A stretch of 64,000 nucleotides of DNA from Candidatus Alkanophaga volatiphilum. GTDB lineage: Archaea > Halobacteriota > Syntropharchaeia > Alkanophagales > B39-G2. Location: the NCBI GenBank assembly GCA_029259545.1, contig JAPHEE010000005.1, forward strand, positions 1,143 to 65,142, read 5' to 3'. The position numbers and the translations under genes were made by a program. Below are positions 57,146 to 64,000 of this stretch, one piece after another. The first letter of the stretch is position 1. The number at the start of each line of letters is the position of its first letter. Below the pieces are notes generated by a model. It was not told the origin of the DNA. It saw nothing but the letters and a program-made list of their open reading frames with translations, and did no database searches.

Positions 57146-57691
57146 ATGGGCATAGAGGAAACATTAAGCTACATAAATAGTGGGCTCAAGGAAAGCATGC
57201 CTCCTGAGAAAGCTGATTCAATAACGGATACGCTGTACAAGCTTTTCGAGAGGACAAGAGCAAGGGGCACGCCCATCGTGGATTTCCTCGAGTTTTTACG
57301 CACAGAGACGGACTGGTTGAAAGCATCGTCGCCGAAAGAGGGAATGCCATTAATAGAGTATTCCGTGAATGTTGCGAAGGAGCTTTTGGAAATAAAAGGA
57401 AGTGAAGGAGCGGACGTTGATGACGAGAGTTGCGTAGTCGTCGGCTTGTTCCATGAGATAGGGCTGGTGAAGATAGATTCTGAGGGATTCGAGGAGATAA
57501 AAGGCGAGGATCCTGAAGTGAGGTCTATGAGGCTTGCGTCTCGTAGCTTGCGGATCATCGCTCGTTACGTGCCGCTGACGCCAGAGGAGGCGCAAGCAAT
57601 TCTGTACCACGATGTCCAAGACATCCCCGTAAAGCGGCTAAAGCTCACAGAACTGCTGCAAAAAGCCGTAGAAAAGGTAATGGGCAGTTAA
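57146..57691 (+). CDS. hypothetical protein (possible degenerate HD-type fold)
   Basis: GGAGGGG Shine-Dalgarno-like motif 6 nt before the ATG at 57146. VVGLFHEIGLV is reminiscent of an HD motif with E in place of D. Confidence 0.5.
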   Translation: MGIEETLSYINSGLKESMPPEKADSITDTLYKLFERTRARGTPIVDFLEFLRTETDWLKASSPKEGMPLIEYSVNVAKELLEIKGSEGADVDDESCVVVGLFHEIGLVKIDSEGFEEIKGEDPEVRSMRLASRSLRIIARYVPLTPEEAQAILYHDVQDIPVKRLKLTELLQKAVEKVMGS

Positions 57692-58077
57692 GAGGTCTGT
57701 CCACCGAGCATCTCCTCCACGGGCTTATGCCCGTACTCTTCTATTTTTACGTTTATTTGAAAGATGTCTGCTGATATCTCCCTGCCTCTAACCGATTTTC
57801 TACGTCTTATACCTCGCTCCTTCGGGCGGTAGCCCGGGCCGGTTGTCAGCAAAATCCGACGGCGTGCCGTTCCTGGCAGATCAGGACGCATCGGGAAGCC
57901 GTCCTTATCAGAACCGCCTGTGATCCTAAGTTTGTAACCCGGCAGTCCTACGACGCCGCCGTCTATCATGTCACCTATTTTCTTCCCTATGAACTCCACG
58001 CCCCGATCGCCCTTAACTTCCACTTTGTAAGCTCTTCCGGTCTTCGGGTCCGAAACTATCACTTGGAAGTCTGGCAT
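57688..58077 (-). CDS. rps6e: ribosomal protein S6e
   Basis: MPDFQVIVSDPKTGRAYKVEV...ITGGSDKDGFPMRPD...RRRKSVRG. Confidence 0.95.
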   Translation of the reverse strand: MPDFQVIVSDPKTGRAYKVEVKGDRGVEFIGKKIGDMIDGGVVGLPGYKLRITGGSDKDGFPMRPDLPGTARRRILLTTGPGYRPKERGIRRRKSVRGREISADIFQINVKIEEYGHKPVEEMLGGQTS

Positions 58078-58099
58078 CTTACCCCCGTGGAGCGGATTT

Positions 58100-58475
58100 G
58101 CCTCAGCAGTTTAAAAAGCTTTTGCGAAGTCTTCTGACGCTTGCCTGCCGCTACAGAAGGCTTGAGCTTCCACCGATACTCACCGCTCGGCGGCATCGAG
58201 CTCTGTAGGTACGTTCCTGTCGTCCTGAAAATCTCAACCTCGCTGCCACTTGGAGAGATGGCGGAGAATCTGAACGTGATCAGCGCGTCGCCGCTCCAGC
58301 GCTCGCAGACCTCAAGAACAACTGCATGTTCCCGCTGGCTTCGAATTCATAGTCGTGAAGGCGTCGCAAGCGGCGCCTGCCTTCGTTACGGCGTAATGTC
58401 TCTTGGGGTTACGATCAGGATGTCGTCGACGCCGTCGCCGTCGAAACGTACCATTCAACCTTGTCGCTTGGAGAT
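58100..58475 (-). pseudogene. remnant of a small beta-rich protein gene (at least 2 frame breaks)
   Basis: Minus-strand pieces MVRFDGDGVDDILIVTPRDITP*, ..HDYEFEASGNMQ.., and ..VVLEVCERWSGDALITFRFSAISPSGSEVEIFRTTGTYLQSSMPPSGEYRWKLKPS lie in three frames. Confidence 0.3.
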
Positions 58476-58680
58476 TATACTCTCTCTCAAGCTTTGCGTC
58501 CCCTCTTAATGATCATTTGCCGCTTCTTGTTTGAGGGCATGCTCATTGCCGGTTACGATACGTCTCGCAGCGGGCGTTGGCAGAGCAGCTACGAGCGTCA
58601 CACAAGACGACGATGCAAAACGTATTCGCACTGCGTAGTTACCCACTAGTTTGACTTTACAGGCAGGGATATAAAACTTG

Positions 58681-59175
58681 ATGCCGTTCGAAGTGGGCGT
58701 GCGGCAGCCCCTCCTGACAAAAATATTGTCAGAGTTGGGCTTGCCGGGTGGAGCCAAGGTTTTGGAGGTGGGCTGTGGCACGAACGTGGATACAGCGCTC
58801 GAACTTTCAGAGCTTAGCTACGGTGTGTTCGTGCTTGATGTAAGCGAGACGCAAATACGGGAATACAAAGAGAAATTGAACGAGGACGCTGACGTTCACG
58901 TTCTCATAGCGGATGCTCAAGCCCTGCCTTTCAAGAGCGAATCGTTGGACTGTGTTGTCTTCTATTATGCTTTTGACTGGATCCCTATATTCGGAGGCAA
59001 GAGCGATGTGGTGGTGGGGGAGGTTTTTAAGGTTTTAAAACCAAGCGGGGTGCTCATCTCGTTCGAATATTGGGAGCGTGGCGCCGAGAGCCGGGCGGCA
59101 CTCTTAAGGGCGTCAGGCTTTTCCGTAAAAGTGATAATTGAGGAGGACGAGGTAGTTGTTGTGGGGAGGAAATGA
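58681..59175 (+). CDS. class I SAM-dependent methyltransferase
   Basis: VLEVGCGTNVDT (motif I), VLDVSETQI and ADAQALPF. Confidence 0.85.
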   Translation: MPFEVGVRQPLLTKILSELGLPGGAKVLEVGCGTNVDTALELSELSYGVFVLDVSETQIREYKEKLNEDADVHVLIADAQALPFKSESLDCVVFYYAFDWIPIFGGKSDVVVGEVFKVLKPSGVLISFEYWERGAESRAALLRASGFSVKVIIEEDEVVVVGRK

Positions 59176-59486
59176 CGACGGTCCGTGTTTTTGGGGGTGC
59201 GTGCAAGTTCAGCACGGTGATCGAAGCCAGAAGGGACGGGCATTCGGTGAAAGTGAGCATAAAGTCGGAATGTGACGCTGTTAATAACCTATCAAAAGAG
59301 ATAAACGTCGTAAAGTATGAAGACATCTTCCCGAAAACTCGTAACGTCTTCGAGAACATCGTGTATGCATGTGCTGGCAAGCACCTGAAGCATGCGGACT
59401 GTCCGGTCCCGTGCGGCATCATGAAGGCTATACTTGTGGAATTTGGAATGCAGAGAGGAGAGCCGCCGAGAATAGAGTTCGAGTGA
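59172..59486 (+). CDS. hypothetical Cys-containing small protein
   Basis: 104 aa with a 4-nt ATGA overlap on the methyltransferase stop. Contains ...ACAGKHLKHADCPVPCG... Confidence 0.5.
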   Translation: MTTVRVFGGACKFSTVIEARRDGHSVKVSIKSECDAVNNLSKEINVVKYEDIFPKTRNVFENIVYACAGKHLKHADCPVPCGIMKAILVEFGMQRGEPPRIEFE

Positions 59487-59653
59487 CGCAAGCTCGGAGG
59501 CGCGCCGAACATTTCATGCCCGCAGTATGCTCGTTTTAAACGTCGCTGAGCGGGGCTGCGTGTAGTCCGACGGACGCCCTGCGGCACAGTTGAAGCGACG
59601 ACGCTCGGACCGTGCTTCATCCGAGCTGGGGCACGTGAGCCGGTGTAGGCGGC

Positions 59654-60823
59654 TCACGGCAGGGAGCGTCCGAAAATGTGAACGACCGCGGTCCCGCCGG
59701 TGCCGCCGACGTTGTGCGTGAGTCCGATCTCGGCGTTCGTCTGCCTGCCCTCAGCGTCGCCTCGCAGTTGCAGCGCGATTTCCACAGCCTGTCTTATTCC
59801 CGTGGCGCCGAGCGGGTGCCCACAAGCTTTCAGCCCGCCTGACGGGTTTACTGGAATACGCCCGCCGATTTCTGTTTCGCCCTCTTCGACGGCACGTCCG
59901 CCCTCGCCCTTCTCAAAAAAGCCTAAGTCTTCAATAGCCATTATCTCGGCGATCGTGTAGGAGTCGTGCACCTCCGCCACATTAATGTCCGCTGGCGAAA
60001 TTCCGGCGATCTTGTAGGCTTTCCTCGCCGCCACCACCGTCGCCTTCATCATTGTTAAGTCCTCACGGTCGTGTAGGGACAGGTAATCGCACGCCTGCGT
60101 CGATGCGAGGATGTAAACGGGCGTGTCGGTATATTTACGAGCGTCTTCTGCGGCGCAAAGCACGACAGCTGCGGCGCCGTCCGCCACGGGTGAGCAGTCA
60201 AGCACCCTCAGCGGGTCGGCGACGAGCGGCGAACGCAGGACGGCTTCGACGCTTATCCTGCTCCTGAACTGCGCAATCTCGTTGTTAATTGCGTTTTTGT
60301 GGTTCTTGACGGCGACGAGCGCCATCTGTTCTCTGGTCGTCCCGTACTTTTCCATGTGCGCCCTCGCCATCATCGCATATAGAGCGGGGAGCGTCGCTCC
60401 CTGCATCGCTTCCCACTCCCTGTCTATTGCGGACGCAAGCAGCTCGTCTATCGCATTGGGGTCGGCATCCGTCATCTTCTCGACGCCCGCAGCGACGACG
60501 ACGTCGTACCAGCCGGAGGCGACGGCGAGCGTCGCAACGTGTAACGCCAGCCCGCCGGAGGCGCACGCCGCCTCCACCCTGCAAGCCGGAATGTGCAGCG
60601 ACGCAAGCCCCACATGGTCCGCAATCAATGTTCCGATGTGCTCTTGCTGTATGAAGCTCCCGGCGCTCATGTTGCCGCCGAAGATCGCCTCTATCTCCTC
60701 GCCGCTTATCCCTGCGTCTTCTATGGCTTTTACGCCCGCCTCCACCGCCAGTTCACGGAAAGAGCGCTCCCAAAGCTCCCCGAACTTCGTGCACCCCACC
60801 CCGACTATCGCCACCTTCCTCAT
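59654..60823 (-). CDS. thiolase-family protein (archaeal acetyl-CoA acetyltransferase / SCP-x-type)
   Basis: [16 protein letters not shown], the active-site-type Cys region VEAACASG, and C-terminal [14 protein letters not shown]. Confidence 0.85.
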   Translation of the reverse strand: MRKVAIVGVGCTKFGELWERSFRELAVEAGVKAIEDAGISGEEIEAIFGGNMSAGSFIQQEHIGTLIADHVGLASLHIPACRVEAACASGGLALHVATLAVASGWYDVVVAAGVEKMTDADPNAIDELLASAIDREWEAMQGATLPALYAMMARAHMEKYGTTREQMALVAVKNHKNAINNEIAQFRSRISVEAVLRSPLVADPLRVLDCSPVADGAAAVVLCAAEDARKYTDTPVYILASTQACDYLSLHDREDLTMMKATVVAARKAYKIAGISPADINVAEVHDSYTIAEIMAIEDLGFFEKGEGGRAVEEGETEIGGRIPVNPSGGLKACGHPLGATGIRQAVEIALQLRGDAEGRQTNAEIGLTHNVGGTGGTAVVHIFGRSLP

Positions 60824-60930
60824 GAGACTTCCCTCTGATGCTTTATGCACTTGGGGTTATAGTTATCCCAACAGGCTTCACCCTGGCGGATTTCGTTGTT
60901 GTCTTCCTCGTAAAAACCGCAAGCATTCAC
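60820..60930 (-). CDS. possible 36-aa Cys-rich micro-ORF translationally coupled to the thiolase gene
   Basis: GTG at 60930. Product (M)[35 protein letters not shown]. Its TGA overlaps the thiolase ATG (ATGA). Too short for the ORF track and no homology is known to me. Confidence 0.25.
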   Translation of the reverse strand: MNACGFYEEDNNEIRQGEACWDNYNPKCIKHQREVS

Positions 60931-61090
60931 ATTTTACACTTCCTCGCAGATGTCAATAAAGATCCTTCCTTTTTGACGTTCAATTCTGCCTCAGTCGAAT
61001 TGTTTTGGTTCGACACGACAACTTACGCGTTCTCGCCCCTTCTTTTCGTCAGTCCGCCTTGCAGCAGTAAGAAAGGGGGTGGAAAAGAGA

Positions 61091-62575
61091 TCAGCCCTTC
61101 ATTATCCCGATGGCTCTGAATGCTGCCACCTTTCTCGCAATGCCGGCGCGCTCGCAGCATTCGACAACGACTTCAGGGTTCTTGTAGGCGCCGGCAGCCT
61201 CTTCCGCAAGCTCACTAAACACGTCGCCCTTACGCTTCCTAGACGGGCGACAACGTACTACGATGTTCCGGCTTTCAAGCTCCCGCTTCACCTGCTCGCC
61301 TCTGTATATTTTCGTCGCTTTCGTCCGACTCATTTCTCGACCGGAGCCATGTGCGCACGTCCCGAAGGTTTCGCGCATTGCGGTCTCCGTCCCGACCATC
61401 AGGAAGCTGCGGGTGCCCATCGAGCCGGGCACGAGGACGGGCTGCCCGACGCTCCTGTAAACCTCCGGTAGTCGCTCGTCGCCGGCGATGAACGCCCGTG
61501 TCGCGCCTTTCCTATGTACACAAAGCTCCATCTTCTTGCCATCGACTTCATGTACCTCACGCTTCGCAATGTTATGCGCAACGTCGTAGACCAGTTGGAT
61601 CTCCATGCTCTCAGCCGACATCTTCATGACCTTCTCGAAAGTTTGCCTGACCCAGTATGTTGCAAGCTGCCTGTTCGCCCATGCGTAATTTGCGCACGCG
61701 CACATTGCTTCGAAGTAGTTCATGCCAACCCGTGAGTTCAGGTAAGCGCACGCAAGCTCCCGTTCGAGCTTGAAAATCTGGCGTAGCGTCGGATCTTTCT
61801 GCATCTCCCGCTCGAAGACTCTCAGATAGTAAGAGCAGACGCCGTGCGAGAAGCCACGCCCTCCTGTGTGAATGAGCACGCATACCTGCCCAACGTCGAA
61901 AATCCCGAACTTCTTCGCAAGCTCCTCATCGAAAATCTCATCAACAACTTGGACTTCAAGGAAATGGTTGCCAGAGCCGAGCGTGCCGAGCTGCGGAGCG
62001 CCCCGCTGTCTCGACTTCTCGTCTATTTTTTCAGGGTTAGCAGCTTTCAGCCGCCCACCGTCTTCTGTTCGCTTTAGATCGTCCTCCCAGCCATAACCAT
62101 GCTCCACGCACCACTCCGAGCCTGCGATCAGAACCTCATCAAGCTCCTTGTAGGAGAGACGAAGCTTTCCTGAAAGCCCCAGCCCGGCGGGGATGTTCTC
62201 AAAAAGCCCGTCCATCAACTCGCTCAGGTGCGGGCGCACATCCTTCTCCATGAGGTTCGTTCTGATGAGGCGGACGCCGCAGTTAATGTCATAGCCGACG
62301 CCTCCTGGGCTTATGACGCCGTTGTTGAAGTCTGTGGCGGCGACGCCGCCGATCGGGAAGCCGTAGCCCTGGTGGCCATCAGGCATTACCATCGAATACT
62401 TTTGGATGCCCGGCAATGACGCCACGTTGATCGCCTGTTGTAGCGTTAAATCCTGTTTCATCTTCTCAATGAGTTTGATGTCTGCGTAAACGCGGGCGGG
62501 AACTCTCATGAAGTCCTTATAATCTGAGGGAATTTCATAAACACAATCCCTTACCTTTTTCAAAGGAACTTCCAT
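61091..62575 (-). CDS. rtcB: RNA-splicing ligase RtcB
   Basis: 494 aa. Contains MPDGHQGYGFPIGG, GYDINCGVRL, GSGNHFLE and HGSGR. Confidence 0.95.
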   Translation of the reverse strand: MEVPLKKVRDCVYEIPSDYKDFMRVPARVYADIKLIEKMKQDLTLQQAINVASLPGIQKYSMVMPDGHQGYGFPIGGVAATDFNNGVISPGGVGYDINCGVRLIRTNLMEKDVRPHLSELMDGLFENIPAGLGLSGKLRLSYKELDEVLIAGSEWCVEHGYGWEDDLKRTEDGGRLKAANPEKIDEKSRQRGAPQLGTLGSGNHFLEVQVVDEIFDEELAKKFGIFDVGQVCVLIHTGGRGFSHGVCSYYLRVFEREMQKDPTLRQIFKLERELACAYLNSRVGMNYFEAMCACANYAWANRQLATYWVRQTFEKVMKMSAESMEIQLVYDVAHNIAKREVHEVDGKKMELCVHRKGATRAFIAGDERLPEVYRSVGQPVLVPGSMGTRSFLMVGTETAMRETFGTCAHGSGREMSRTKATKIYRGEQVKRELESRNIVVRCRPSRKRKGDVFSELAEEAAGAYKNPEVVVECCERAGIARKVAAFRAIGIMKG

Positions 62576-62690
62576 GCCTCACACCTCTTTCATTTTTAAC
62601 TCTTGTTTTGTTCAGAAGGTATAAAAGCATGAGGTGCCAAAAAAGAATAGAAAGCCTGTTGCTCATGTAGAAGTTGCCAGAGGATGAGTT

Positions 62691-63200
62691 ATGAAAGTTT
62701 CGGTGGACATCGAGTTAAGGGACATCCCCGGACAGCTTGTCTCGGCACTTACTCCGATCTCAGAGCTGGGCGGGAATATCATCAGCGTGCTCCATCACCG
62801 GGACCGGAAGACGCAACGCGGCACGATCCCCGTACAGATAGTCTTCGATGTTGAGGAAAGCAAGCTCGCAATGTTGTTACGGCGGCTCAGGGAAAGAGGT
62901 ATAACTGTGGTGCGCGTCGGGACCGAACGTCTCAAGGAAGCAGCACTCGTGCTGCTGATAGGGCACATTGTCCGCTCCGATGTTAAGGAGCTGATAGACG
63001 CCGTCGATAAGACGGGTTTCGCCGAGGTCGTCGAGCTTTTCCTTTGCATGCCTGCGATCGAGGAGAAATCGGCGGCGGCGCTCACAATAAGGGCGGTTGG
63101 CAAGGACGAGCTGGAGCAGGCGCTGGAAATCCTTGAGGGCATCACAAGGGATAAAGGCATTTTGATCGTGCGTCCGATAGAAGATGAGCTTTTGGCTTAG
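62691..63200 (+). CDS. ACT-domain protein
   Basis: IELRDIPGQLVSALTPISELGGNIISV. Lies immediately upstream of the homoserine dehydrogenase gene. Confidence 0.75.
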   Translation: MKVSVDIELRDIPGQLVSALTPISELGGNIISVLHHRDRKTQRGTIPVQIVFDVEESKLAMLLRRLRERGITVVRVGTERLKEAALVLLIGHIVRSDVKELIDAVDKTGFAEVVELFLCMPAIEEKSAAALTIRAVGKDELEQALEILEGITRDKGILIVRPIEDELLA

Positions 63201-63211
63201 CAGGTGTTTAG

Positions 63212-64000
63212 ATGAGAGAAGTAAGGCTTTCAATAGTAGGTTTCGGTGTCGTCGGGCGCGGCGTTACTGAAGTTATCAGGAGGAAGCGTGCGGAAATCAA
63301 AGAGAAATTCGGTCTCGACCTACGGGTTGTCGCAATCGTAGACCTTTGGGGCGCTGTTTTGGCAAGTAGCGACGGCAAGAGTGGCAACGAGATAGACGTC
63401 GATAAAGTCCTTGATGCTCTCCAGCGAGGCAAGGCTGATGGCTTAAGCCCAAGGGAGAGCCTCGAAACGCACGGCATAAAAGTGGAGGACATGCAAAGCC
63501 TCGAAGTGATAAAAGAGGTAGAGCATGATGTCATGGTGGAGGCGACGCCTACGAACGTCGAAAGCGACGGCGAGCCCGGCACGAGCCATATTCTCGAAGC
63601 TTTGAAGGCGGGGAGGCATGTCGTCACCTCAAACAAAGGTCCGCTGGCACTGCACTTTAAGAAACTTATGCGGGCAGCAGAACGCGCCGACCGTAAGATA
63701 GGCTTCGAAGCAACAGTCGGCGGCGCCATGCCCATAATATCGCTCAGAGAGGCCCTCGCGGGCAACGAGATACTATCAATTAAGGGTATTCTGAACGGCA
63801 CTTGCAATTACATACTCACGAGGATGAGCGAGGAAAATCTGCCGTTCGAACACGCCCTTCGGGAGGCTCAGGAGATAGGGATTGCAGAGGCGGACCCCAA
63901 GAGCGACGTTCTGGGCGTGGATACTGCCGTCAAGCTGGTAATTCTCGCAAATGCGCTTCTCGGGCTTGACGCCTCTTATAAGGATGTAAGCGTTACGGGC
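63212..64000 (+). CDS. hom: homoserine dehydrogenase (5-prime part; runs off the window)
   Basis: MREVRLSIVGFGVVGRGV, TSNKGPLA, ATVGGAMPII and GILNGTCNYILT. No stop before 64000. Confidence 0.9.
   Translation, partial: MREVRLSIVGFGVVGRGVTEVIRRKRAEIKEKFGLDLRVVAIVDLWGAVLASSDGKSGNEIDVDKVLDALQRGKADGLSPRESLETHGIKVEDMQSLEVIKEVEHDVMVEATPTNVESDGEPGTSHILEALKAGRHVVTSNKGPLALHFKKLMRAAERADRKIGFEATVGGAMPIISLREALAGNEILSIKGILNGTCNYILTRMSEENLPFEHALREAQEIGIAEADPKSDVLGVDTAVKLVILANALLGLDASYKDVSVTG

Overview
This is a 64-kb archaeal chromosomal segment. The gene set looks euryarchaeote-like: thermosome, family-B DNA polymerase, histone, MCM, RadA, RtcB, Kae1, archaeal ProRS, S6e, PEP synthase, HdrA, and FmdE-domain and EhaR-like proteins. 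By eye, and by hand-counting a few 60-nt lines, it is a three-way compositional mosaic. (1) A housekeeping backbone of about 50-55% GC. (2) An AT-rich island of about 8.2 kb and roughly 30% GC at 26,099-34,333. It is exactly one tightly packed six-gene minus-strand operon with the motifs and gene order of a subtype III-C CRISPR-Cas effector (cmr1-like, cmr6-like, cas10, cmr4, cmr5-like, cmr3-like). Its Cas10 keeps the HD dyad but has SPNR where GGDD is expected. There is no CRISPR array, cas6, cas1/2 or CARF-type gene anywhere in the window. (3) A GC-rich block at about 6.6-11.7 kb encoding repeat-bearing membrane or surface proteins, including two divergently oriented paralogues. The backbone carries a lot of IS200/IS605-type debris: a decayed tnpB with its 3-prime omega-RNA-like module, at least four copies of that module start (GTSAACTAC-hairpin-CTTS), UGAA-loop hairpin direct repeats, and a MITE family of about 220 bp (3 copies). 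I could map the MITE boundaries to the nucleotide: insertion 3-prime of TTTAC, no target duplication, conserved internal TATA box. These elements interrupt an acyl-CoA dehydrogenase gene and a secreted HExxH protease gene, and one sits stop-free inside a two-HKD phospholipase-D-like gene. Several other genes look frameshifted. I recognised no rRNA, tRNA or CRISPR array. All calls come from reading the ORF translations and the DNA by eye; no searches were run.
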